DNA from: an uncultured Planctomycetaceae bacterium
GTDB lineage: Bacteria; Planctomycetota; Planctomycetia; Pirellulales; PALSA-1355
NCBI GenBank assembly: GCA_963785305.1
Contig: CAWAUV010000008.1
Span: forward strand, 768,001 to 832,000
Length of the DNA: 64,000 nucleotides
Direction: 5' to 3'
Below the pieces are notes generated by a model, which saw only the letters and a list, made by a program, of their open reading frames with translations, was not told the DNA's origin and ran no database searches. Made by a program: the position numbers and the translations under genes. Positions within the stretch are counted from its first letter, which is position 1, and the number at the start of each line of letters is the position of its first letter. This document shows positions 1-7,961 of the stretch, piece by piece.

Positions 1-26
1 AAGTATCGAAGCATACGGGCCTCTAT

Positions 27-1016
27 CTATTGGGTTGTCAGCATGTCAAGAACTGCCGTCTCCCGCAGGCGCGCTCTTTCCCTACTAAGTTCTCGCAAAC
101 GCAGGCGAAGCCCCTTAACGTCTTGCGACCCTTCAACTATCAGGTGATGTATGTCATCGAGCTTCGTATTGACTTTGGCAGCCAATTCACCCTTTGGATT
201 TGCATACCAGTCCCAGACCCAAGAAATAAGCACGTCCACGATCACACCGACTACAAGGCCGATTCCAAGCGTTTCCCAAGATAGAGCGGCACCCGTGCCG
301 ATAACGCCGGCGGATACGCCAAGTTCAACTGCAACCTGTGTAAGAACTTCGCCCACTATCACGGATACCGCCTGAAGAGACACGTCGGCCACAGCATCCT
401 GCTTCGTGGCTTCAATAGCGTGGTCGATTGCGTCACCGTAAATCTGCTCCAGCCGAGCCTTGTCGAATGTGGCAAGTGGATATTCATTCGGGAAGTCCGA
501 GACATCTTTCTTAATCTGAACTAGCATCGCACTTTCGATGCTCTTCACTTCGCGCATGTAACTTTCTACGACCTGCCTCACCGCCTTTTCGACTTTCTCC
601 GGCGTGAACACATGCTTCTCAAAGCGTCCACGAATATACGTTTCGTGACGCCCACCGCGAGTGAACGGCACATAATCTACGAGGAGATTCCATTTGCTCT
701 CCATATCGAGAGCGTCTTTCGCGAACGCCGGCGTGTTGCGCTTAGAATCAGAGAAGAATCCGTCCAGGGACTTGATCTGTTCGTCAATTGCGCGTTCGGT
801 CTGTTGCTCTGCCCAAGCCAGAGGCTCTTTGGCAGCTTGCCTCGGAGATGGAATTCGTGTGACTGGCGGCGGAATGTGAACTTCAGGCGGCGCAGAATTT
901 GGCGCCCCCTGGATCAATTCCCACATCGGTCCACGAGCGATGACGCCGATGGCAACCCCGACTAGACCGATTGCAAAGACGCGGAGCCGGGTTTTTGTCG
1001 TCATGCACGCCTCCAT
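27..1016 (-). CDS. Hypothetical membrane-anchored helical protein
   Basis: 329-aa ORF with an N-terminal hydrophobic segment (VFAIGLVGVAIGVIA) and a C-terminal Gly-rich hydrophobic hairpin (GVSAGVIGTGAALSWETLGIGLVVGVIV). Confidence 0.7.
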   Translation of the reverse strand: MEACMTTKTRLRVFAIGLVGVAIGVIARGPMWELIQGAPNSAPPEVHIPPPVTRIPSPRQAAKEPLAWAEQQTERAIDEQIKSLDGFFSDSKRNTPAFAKDALDMESKWNLLVDYVPFTRGGRHETYIRGRFEKHVFTPEKVEKAVRQVVESYMREVKSIESAMLVQIKKDVSDFPNEYPLATFDKARLEQIYGDAIDHAIEATKQDAVADVSLQAVSVIVGEVLTQVAVELGVSAGVIGTGAALSWETLGIGLVVGVIVDVLISWVWDWYANPKGELAAKVNTKLDDIHHLIVEGSQDVKGLRLRLRELSRERARLRETAVLDMLTTQ

Positions 1017-1175
1017 TCGACCCGCAACATTTCTGACGTTGGGTGTGGACCAGATTGAAAAATCATCCTAAGTCGTGTGAGAAACACATGCAAGCGTTCT
1101 GCTTGATCGGCGGCGTATTAGCAATTGGACTGGCGTCGCTTTCGTCAACGCTCACAAATTCCTCGACCGGCGAAT

Positions 1176-2384
1176 TTAGTCGCACTGAACATGAATCCAC
1201 TCCGCGGCCCTACGGCACGCATCGACAAACGCCGCGTTTGACTGGAATTGAGTCAAAACTGTTCCAACGCGACGAAATACGGCATTTCGCCGCCCACGCT
1301 CAATCCGAAACCCGCGCGGTCTGATGTCGATGATCTCGGCGGGCAGGCTAAGACTGATTCCACTAAATATGCCGGGCGTGATTGCGAAAGCGTGAATGAT
1401 GGCGAAACTAGTTTGTACCGATGCCATTCGACTAGGATCAGCGGCCAATACCGAGTCAAGTGCAGCAGCATAAGGGTTGCCATTCAGGCTCGCTCGTCGA
1501 ACAAGCAAAGGAATGTTGTCGCCCCCGAGGCGAGCCGCAAAGTCCAAGGGGACAAGTTGTCCGTTTGGATGACGACGTACATCGAAGCAGGCAAACGAAA
1601 TGGTATCCGAGTGAAAAATAGCACTTATCCAAGAAGGTACGACCCGGCGCAGTTCCGCCAGCAAGTCCGTTGAGGCAATCAGGTGGTATCCGAGAGAGAT
1701 CGGCCTACCAGCCACGATTGCAGTCGCTTTCTGGCACACCCGAATCAGTTGGACCCCCGCGGGTCCCGTGATGCAGTCAATGCTCCACTCGTCACCACCC
1801 AACCAAGGCTCGACAACGACTTTAACATCGGTCGAATCCATAATATTACGCATTTCGACGAAATCGGCCGTCGCCCGCTCCTCAAAGAGCATTCGCCAGT
1901 ACGTTTGCAGTTGCGCTGGCGAGTCCGCAATCCATACTCCTCGGCCTGAATAGCCAGTGTCTCCACGGAGGACCGCCGGATATCCATATTTACCGGCGGC
2001 TTCGAGGGCCTGTTCAAGAGTCTCGACTTGACTCCGTTCTACCGAGGCCACCCCAGCTTGGGCCAATTTCAAGGAGAGCTTCAATTTCGAGCGACTGATA
2101 AAGGCCGCTTCTCGGTCACACCGAAGTTTTGATCGCGGTGACACTTTACGCGCTTCGGATACCCAGCTTTCCAACATCGGCAGAAAGAGGCCACTCTGCT
2201 GGGAAACATCTTCGGGCAGTCCGACTGCAAACCGCAAAGACGGCAAGCCCTTTTCTATCCGAGCAGCATGATGCTCGTGGTCAAGATATAGCGGCATAAA
2301 CCCGTGTCGTCGCGCGACATCGCCAAGTTCAAGCACTCCTGCTGGAAACGATGCCCCCGCGATAACCATCAGTTCCACGTTCAA
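1176..2384 (-). CDS. ATP-grasp fold protein (L-amino-acid-ligase-like)
   Basis: YGYPAVLRGDTGYSGRGV, VVVEPWLGGDEWSID and LDFAARLGGD correspond to ATP-grasp motifs; TTG start overlaps the upstream stop by 4 nt. Confidence 0.8.
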   Translation of the reverse strand: MNVELMVIAGASFPAGVLELGDVARRHGFMPLYLDHEHHAARIEKGLPSLRFAVGLPEDVSQQSGLFLPMLESWVSEARKVSPRSKLRCDREAAFISRSKLKLSLKLAQAGVASVERSQVETLEQALEAAGKYGYPAVLRGDTGYSGRGVWIADSPAQLQTYWRMLFEERATADFVEMRNIMDSTDVKVVVEPWLGGDEWSIDCITGPAGVQLIRVCQKATAIVAGRPISLGYHLIASTDLLAELRRVVPSWISAIFHSDTISFACFDVRRHPNGQLVPLDFAARLGGDNIPLLVRRASLNGNPYAAALDSVLAADPSRMASVQTSFAIIHAFAITPGIFSGISLSLPAEIIDIRPRGFRIERGRRNAVFRRVGTVLTQFQSNAAFVDACRRAAEWIHVQCD

Positions 2385-3469
2385 CGTCCTTGCAAAGCAA
2401 TACCAACGACTCGGGCAAGCGACTCAGACTCGTACGGTTCGGCGACATGGAACGGTAATATGATCGCCCGCAAACCGTTTGCGTCAGTAGGACCGCAAAT
2501 GCTCTTCCAAAGGTCACGGTGAGTTTTCTTAAATCGCGAAAGACGGTTAAGAACGCTTGGCGTTGTGTAATCGCCTCTGACCAGCAGGGCTGTCGCGACT
2601 CGCTGCGCACACACTTCTCCCACGAATGAAAGCAATGGTTCACGCCAAGGACAATACTCGTAGAGGGTGCGAATCACGTCATCTGAATAAAACACACTGA
2701 GTCGTTGCTCAATGAACAGCCCCCCTACAGCAAGTTGGTCGCAAATCTCATCCACGAATTCTTGATGGGCCGGAGACACAACCAGAACAGGGGGAAACAT
2801 TCTTGTTGGTTCATGTCGCCAAAACTCCATCAACGTTTTTGGAAATCCTTCCGTCCCAATGCGGTGGTCATGAGGGCATATTTCCTGGCGAACAAAATCA
2901 AAGCCGGCGCAATTGGCGGCGTCACACAAACCCTGAATTGTATCTAATTGCGGAAGCTCTTCTTCCCACTCATGAGCGTCATGGTAGTGTTCTCGCCAAT
3001 AGCGAGGAAAACCTTCCATCGCTGTCTGGTCGCGGGCTATCCGGTCAAGAACATAAAGCCGACCCCCGTGCGGCAACAACTCGGCGACCCGACGAAGATG
3101 TTGGAGGGTGTCATCGCAGTGATGCAGAAAATACGACATAACAACCGTATCGGGCTGCCAACCGGCGGGCGGATTCCAAGTTAGGATGTCAGCCAGATCA
3201 ACAGTCCCACCTGCCTCCTGCGCCACAATGGACGCATGCCCAGCCAGTTCAGGCGAAAGCTCAACACCGATGACCGAGCGAAAGAATTGTTTATCGCCAG
3301 CCAAAGCCCGAACGAGAGTGCCGGTGCCGCAGCCAACATCCAAGACGCGGCAACCGACAGGAAATCTTCCCACATCTATCAGCCATTCGGTATCTGCGTG
3401 CAGGCCGTGCTTGTCAACGTGTTTAAGATATTGCCTTGCGTCATTGCCGATTATTGGTCGGTCGGGCAT
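2381..3469 (-). CDS. Class I SAM methyltransferase fused to a C-terminal NDP-kinase-like domain
   Basis: Motif I VLDVGCGTG, SYFLHH and GGRLYVLD; the last ~139 aa follow the NDK pattern and end in FHVAEPYESE. Confidence 0.75.
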   Translation of the reverse strand: MPDRPIIGNDARQYLKHVDKHGLHADTEWLIDVGRFPVGCRVLDVGCGTGTLVRALAGDKQFFRSVIGVELSPELAGHASIVAQEAGGTVDLADILTWNPPAGWQPDTVVMSYFLHHCDDTLQHLRRVAELLPHGGRLYVLDRIARDQTAMEGFPRYWREHYHDAHEWEEELPQLDTIQGLCDAANCAGFDFVRQEICPHDHRIGTEGFPKTLMEFWRHEPTRMFPPVLVVSPAHQEFVDEICDQLAVGGLFIEQRLSVFYSDDVIRTLYEYCPWREPLLSFVGEVCAQRVATALLVRGDYTTPSVLNRLSRFKKTHRDLWKSICGPTDANGLRAIILPFHVAEPYESESLARVVGIALQGR

Positions 3470-3505
3470 GAGGAACTCTCGAAGACGACAGTGATGAATC
3501 GACCC

Positions 3506-4783
3506 TCAGTTCATTCGACCGGCGAACGCCTCGTTTGCAAGACTCGTCCGTAAAGCAAGCTGGCAGTAGTAAGGACGATGGTTGTGACGACGGTAGATGT
3601 TCGCGAGTTCCGAGTAAAAGCCAATGACCGTCTCAAAATCTGGCGGTACGTGCTGAACAGGCGCACCGTGGTCCAGATGCAACACATTTGCACCCGGCGT
3701 AATTCCCTTAGACGCCAATTCGTCACAACCGGCCAGCAAGTCTACTGCCGGTTCAAGGCCAAGTACAAAATTGCACCAGGAACGTCCCCACCCGAAGACT
3801 TCGACCCCACAAGCCAGAGCTTCCAAATAGTGGTCACGTCCAATTCGATCCTTGCCGGGACAATGCCGCGAAAACGCAGCGGGAGAAAACGCCTCCAAGT
3901 TGAACACGCCGACTTCGATCCCACTCTCAAACATTTTCCTAAGAAGTTGAACGTCGTGCGGCGGGGCGGTCACAGCCACGACTCCTTCCGCAAAACGACC
4001 CGGGTTCCCCGCCGTGATCGCGGCAGCGACTTCGGCGTAGATGGTCGCCTGGGTATCGAGTTGGTGGTCAGCAAGATTTCCAGAGATGAGAATCAGGTGA
4101 ACCTCGTCTCGATAGCAGTCGTCATCAATTGCCAGCGCGACTGACTCCGTGATCTCGGCCAGAACGGATTCACGAACCTCTTCCCACTGCCGATCTGTGG
4201 TTGAATCTCGCCGAAATGCTAGGGCATGAACTAGATCGACATCTCGCCCGGCTTGCTTCTGAACTGCGTTAATTCCACAAAAGCTGCAAGGTTGCCCGAT
4301 GGCGCAGTCGTGCCAAGGCCAGACGTTCATTTCGTCGTAACCACATGCACTGACCCATCGGGAAACAGCACGTCCGCTGGCGGTCTGAAGGTCGTAGTAC
4401 GCTGGCTGAGGAACATACTCTGTGGCCGCAAGCCGACGCCCGAGATCGGGCCGAGATGGCGTATTAAGAATCAGCCGACCTTCGAGGAAATCGACGACTG
4501 CGGATTCCCGCCCATGCACCGGAGCGACCGCAGAAACGCATACGGTGTAGCCGTCGTCTCCGATGAGGAATAGCTCTTGTGGCGGCGCGAGCCGGTGATC
4601 GTTCCCGAGAAGGCTTAGGCTCGCGAAACTCTGTCGCGTATGTTCTACAGTATCGGCGGCTGGCACATTGTAGACCATATTTTGGCGCTTGGCCTTTACT
4701 TCATCAGCGTACTCTAGCGCACTAGTCGAGAACCGAACACCGTGGGTCAGAATGTATGCCTTTGCAAGAGATTCGGTCTGCAT
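3506..4783 (-). CDS. Radical SAM protein with CX5CX2C motif
   Basis: CAIGQPCSFC, LISGN, FNLEAF, CPGK and NFVLGLE; start re-assigned to ATG 4783 (MQTESLAK) behind an AAGAGG RBS, 2 nt after the GT2 stop. Confidence 0.85.
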   Translation of the reverse strand: MQTESLAKAYILTHGVRFSTSALEYADEVKAKRQNMVYNVPAADTVEHTRQSFASLSLLGNDHRLAPPQELFLIGDDGYTVCVSAVAPVHGRESAVVDFLEGRLILNTPSRPDLGRRLAATEYVPQPAYYDLQTASGRAVSRWVSACGYDEMNVWPWHDCAIGQPCSFCGINAVQKQAGRDVDLVHALAFRRDSTTDRQWEEVRESVLAEITESVALAIDDDCYRDEVHLILISGNLADHQLDTQATIYAEVAAAITAGNPGRFAEGVVAVTAPPHDVQLLRKMFESGIEVGVFNLEAFSPAAFSRHCPGKDRIGRDHYLEALACGVEVFGWGRSWCNFVLGLEPAVDLLAGCDELASKGITPGANVLHLDHGAPVQHVPPDFETVIGFYSELANIYRRHNHRPYYCQLALRTSLANEAFAGRMN

Positions 4784-4785
4784 CG

Positions 4786-5787
4786 TTACCTCTTTACCAA
4801 ATATGAATGGCTCGCCGGAATCCACCACAGCAGCGTGGCGAGAGTGTGCAGAACGGGAAAAATGGCGACAAAAGTAGCTGCGGTCCAGATGGAGTGGCCC
4901 GAAGACCGAGACAGTACAAACACCAGGGCAAGAACAATCACTCCTGCACTCGCCGGACTGAAAAGCCCGAGTAATATAATTCCTGAGAGAAATAGCATTG
5001 GAATACCATGATAGGCAATAAAATGAATTGCCAGCAAAAGAACTGCCGGAGGACAAGTCCACAGATGAGCGAAGAGACCAGCCAATCCCTTCATCCAGCG
5101 AAGTCGTTGGCTGAGCAAACTTCCCCACGTTGACCGTGGCTCTTCCTCCCCAACGACGACAGGCTCTCTTAGGACTTCGGCATTGTTCTTTCGAGCAATC
5201 CAGCCGAGGTAAAGGTCATCTAGGTACGAATCGACGCGGGCGTCAAGGCCGCGAAGTATGCCTGCCGACACAATAAGAAACTGTCCCGGAAGCGTAATAC
5301 CTAAGCCACTTTTCCAAAGAAGTGGTCGAATAATTCGATGGGACAGCCATTTATCGACGCAGATTAACTGCGAGAGCATCGTTCCATTGTCGCGCCCCAC
5401 TACTAAGCCGAAAGCAACTACATCATCGCCGCGTCGCACCACGACCGCTGCTCGGCCGAACACCTTACGACAGGCGTCGGGATTTACGCTTAAATCTGGA
5501 TCACAGATACAAACGAGGTCTGTATCGACCAGACCAACGAGACGCCGTATTTTCGACAGTTTCGTACCTGGAGGCACAAATACGACATCCACGCCAGAAT
5601 AGCTCTCGGTAGAATCTGTAAGGATTACTGACCGTACCGTTGCAACAGATGAAAGCGCACTAGAGAGGCATTCAACGGCGCCAATTGACGTGGCAGTTGA
5701 GCAGCAAGCGATACAGACCTTTATCTTTCTGTCCGAAGCGATCTTTTCAGTCTGGAAAGGCGCAGTCTTCCGGGGCGAGGACGACAT
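4786..5787 (-). CDS. Glycosyltransferase family 2, membrane-bound
   Basis: DxD (ICDPD), LPGQF, LDDLYLG, QxxRW (QRLRW) and several C-terminal TM helices. Confidence 0.85.
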   Translation of the reverse strand: MSSSPRKTAPFQTEKIASDRKIKVCIACCSTATSIGAVECLSSALSSVATVRSVILTDSTESYSGVDVVFVPPGTKLSKIRRLVGLVDTDLVCICDPDLSVNPDACRKVFGRAAVVVRRGDDVVAFGLVVGRDNGTMLSQLICVDKWLSHRIIRPLLWKSGLGITLPGQFLIVSAGILRGLDARVDSYLDDLYLGWIARKNNAEVLREPVVVGEEEPRSTWGSLLSQRLRWMKGLAGLFAHLWTCPPAVLLLAIHFIAYHGIPMLFLSGIILLGLFSPASAGVIVLALVFVLSRSSGHSIWTAATFVAIFPVLHTLATLLWWIPASHSYLVKR

Positions 5788-5917
5788 TCGGAAGTGCTAC
5801 CACCGTGCGATTCCTCCCCCGCGCGATCTCCTGCTGTGTGTTCACGGCGGAAATGGGCCGGGCATTTGTCAGGAATTTCAAAGCCGAAGACAACCATTGG
5901 ATGGGCAGGTCGCCGAA

Positions 5918-6424
5918 TCAGACGGCGTGCCTATTTCTCCTGGCTGCAATCTCCGGCCAGAGTTCCTCGGGGGACACGTCTAAGGCACGCGCGAGCTTTT
6001 CGACGGTTATTCGCTGCGGGCGGCAAGTGCGGTTCAACATCATGGAAATGGCGGATTGGTTGACGCCAATCTTTGTAGCCAATTCGGTTTGCGTTATTCG
6101 CCTTGCCGCCATTTGGGTTCGCAACCGAGTAGCAAAGGTGATCTCTTCGTGATCCAATTCCGCTCGTATCGAAGCGATTTGGGGGATCGTCTTTGGCGTG
6201 CCAGAAAAGGGCAATACAGAAGAAGAGAGGGCGTCCATGATAACGTCCAAGGCTCGTTCGCGTTCGTCGAGATCGGCGTCAGAATCGATCACGATCTCAA
6301 CCATCCGATTCACCATAGCCTTGTGCGTTTTCGATAGCGCGAGGTAAGTTCCTAACAGCCGGGCGAAGGTGAGGCAGCCCACCCGCTTTTCAAGTTCATC
6401 GCCAACGACGTTAAGCATGGACAC
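5918..6424 (-). CDS. XRE-family HTH protein with N-terminal extension (HigA-like antitoxin/regulator)
   Basis: ITQTELATKIGVNQSAISMMLNR...KLARALDVSPEELW HTH; AGGAG RBS; lies downstream of the HigB-like gene. Confidence 0.85.
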   Translation of the reverse strand: MSMLNVVGDELEKRVGCLTFARLLGTYLALSKTHKAMVNRMVEIVIDSDADLDERERALDVIMDALSSSVLPFSGTPKTIPQIASIRAELDHEEITFATRLRTQMAARRITQTELATKIGVNQSAISMMLNRTCRPQRITVEKLARALDVSPEELWPEIAARRNRHAV

Positions 6425-6463
6425 CCTTCTCTCCTGCGGGACGTATCCCGATTAAATCTCCGA

Positions 6464-6916
6464 CTAGGAAACCACTTTCCTTAGCCGACTTTTCAAAATC
6501 CGATTTCGCTCTAGTACGTTTCTGCGGCCAGCACGAAACGTTTCTAAGTCATTTCGCGTAAAGTTCTGCCGCTTTTTCGGCATCATGGTCAGCACATAGA
6601 CGACCATGTCGTTCGTTGCGAGACACCTTTCAGTAGTAAAGATCACTCGAATGTTCGAGTGCCCGCCGATCTTGTCCGCGATCCGCTGCTCGAAAATATT
6701 GTCCCTTCGACACGCGCGAATCACTGAACAATTTACATCCACAACGATGTCGTCTCGATTGCTCCAAGTTCGATTGGGCCAGTAAGCCAGTTTCTCGATC
6801 TGGCGTCGTAGTTCCTCTTGATCCTTCAGTCGGGGCCACCACTTTCGGATTGCCCTCTCCGCAGCAGGCTGCATCACCACAGTTCGCTTGCCCGGCGTCT
6901 GATGGGTCTTCAACAA
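6464..6916 (-). CDS. RelE/HigB (Gp49)-like toxin
   Basis: IFEQRI...NIRVIF...VYVLTMMPKKRQNFTRNDLE matches the RelE/HigB pattern; TTG start after AGGAGG; toxin-before-HTH order. Confidence 0.65.
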   Translation of the reverse strand: MLKTHQTPGKRTVVMQPAAERAIRKWWPRLKDQEELRRQIEKLAYWPNRTWSNRDDIVVDVNCSVIRACRRDNIFEQRIADKIGGHSNIRVIFTTERCLATNDMVVYVLTMMPKKRQNFTRNDLETFRAGRRNVLERNRILKSRLRKVVS

Positions 6917-7006
6917 GTCCTCCTGTTTCAGCAGGTTTATCGACGTTGCCGCACCCGCTTTGTGTTGGCTTCTCCTTTCTTGCCGGGGGTGACTCGACTG
7001 CCACTC

Positions 7007-7049
7007 AGCATATCACACAATCACACTTCGTCAAGCCAGCAATATCACA
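7007..7049 (-). promoter_or_regulatory. Putative sigma70 promoter for the toxin-HTH-enzyme operon, with repeated operator-like sites
   Basis: Minus strand reads TTGACG(7034-7029)-N16-TATGCT(7012-7007) with an extended -10 TG; AGCA(A)TATCACA repeats at 7007-7017 and 7038-7049. Confidence 0.5.
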
Positions 7050-7217
7050 GAGCGATGGCCGTAAACCCCGGTGATAGCGACAGATTTGCCGCGAATCTCA
7101 AGAAATCGCGGCCGTCAGCTTGATCTTGCGCCTGAGGTCGCCCCAGTGCCGCACGCGAATGAGGGGGCAGGCGCGTTCAATGGCCGGGACCGCATCGCTT
7201 CCTCGACGGCGCCGCCG

Positions 7218-7550
7218 TCACCCGGCCCCGCGGTCCAAGAACTTCATCACTTGATCCAGCCGCCTGTCGTCCAGCGCGGCCATCTTCCTAAACAGGTCCG
7301 GGCGCTGAAGGACTCGTTTTCGGATCGCGGCGGGAATTTTCTCGGCCAGCAGCAGCAACTCGTCGGCGTCGGCATCCAGAGCTTCGGCCAGCTTTACGAT
7401 CAGATCGTCGCTGGGAAATTCGCCGAACGAGAGCTTCTGGTTCTCGATTTTACTGAGGTAGGTGAACGTCACCCGGACCCGCTTCGCCAAGTCACGGAGG
7501 GTCAGGTTTTGGGCCTGCCGAAGTTCTCGAATCTGGCTGCCAAAGTTCAT
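7218..7550 (-). CDS. XRE-family transcriptional regulator
   Basis: FGSQIRELRQAQNLTLRDLAKRVRVTFTYLSKIEN HTH. Confidence 0.9.
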   Translation of the reverse strand: MNFGSQIRELRQAQNLTLRDLAKRVRVTFTYLSKIENQKLSFGEFPSDDLIVKLAEALDADADELLLLAEKIPAAIRKRVLQRPDLFRKMAALDDRRLDQVMKFLDRGAG

Positions 7551-7579
7551 CGTGCCGTCCTGCTTGCTAGCGTCTGAAG

Positions 7580-7667
7580 CAGAAGTCTAAGGGGTCAGGA
7601 CTCATTGATTTCGGTCAGAATTCTAAGGGGTCACAGAATTCTAAGGGGTCAGGACTCATTGATTTCG
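7580..7667 (+). repeat. Direct repeats CAGAA(G/T)TCTAAGGGGTCAGGACTCATTGATTTCG, two full copies plus an 18-nt partial copy
   Basis: Copies at 7580-7613 and 7634-7667 (33/34 identical), partial copy at 7616-7633; immediately upstream of a RAYT remnant. Confidence 0.9.
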
Positions 7668-7693
7668 TTGGGGCTGTTGGTAGACCGGCGGGC

Positions 7694-7777
7694 ATGCCTC
7701 GACCGCCAGCCGCCGACGAAGCGGGCCAATTATAACATGTGCTTAACCGGGCCAATGTCCGGCGGCGCATTTTCCGC
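7694..7777 (+). pseudogene. N-terminal remnant of a REP-associated tyrosine (Y1/RAYT) transposase
   Basis: Manual translation MPRPPAADEAGQL*HVLNRANVRRRIFR resembles RAYT N-termini (MPRxxR...YHVLNRxNxRxxIF); the Tyr codon is replaced by TAA at 7733. Confidence 0.75.
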
Positions 7778-7816
7778 ACACTGTTTGGCAGAGGGCCATC
7801 GATTAGCGAATGGGTG

Positions 7817-7926
7817 GCATGCCCACGCTTGCGTTGGCATGTTAGGCGACGCGCGGCGGAATTGTGATTTACCGCGCGCGGCAGAAGTCGAGTCGTTGGC
7901 GGCATGCCCACGCAAGCGTGGGCATG
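7817..7926. repeat. Pair of REP-like palindromes in opposite orientation
   Basis: GCATGCCCACGCTTGCGTTGGCATG at 7817-7841 and GCATGCCCACGCAAGCGTGGGCATG at 7902-7926. Confidence 0.75.
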
Positions 7927-7961
7927 GGCGCGCGGCACACGGCAAAGCGCGATCAAGCGCC

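Noticed and set aside
4784..5128. N-terminal 115 aa of the 540-aa radical SAM ORF
   Set aside because: Overlaps the GT2 gene; a better start with RBS lies at 4783
7580..7667. Possible mini-CRISPR or iteron array
   Set aside because: The intervening sequence is itself a partial repeat, and there is no rep or cas gene; the adjacent RAYT remnant explains it better
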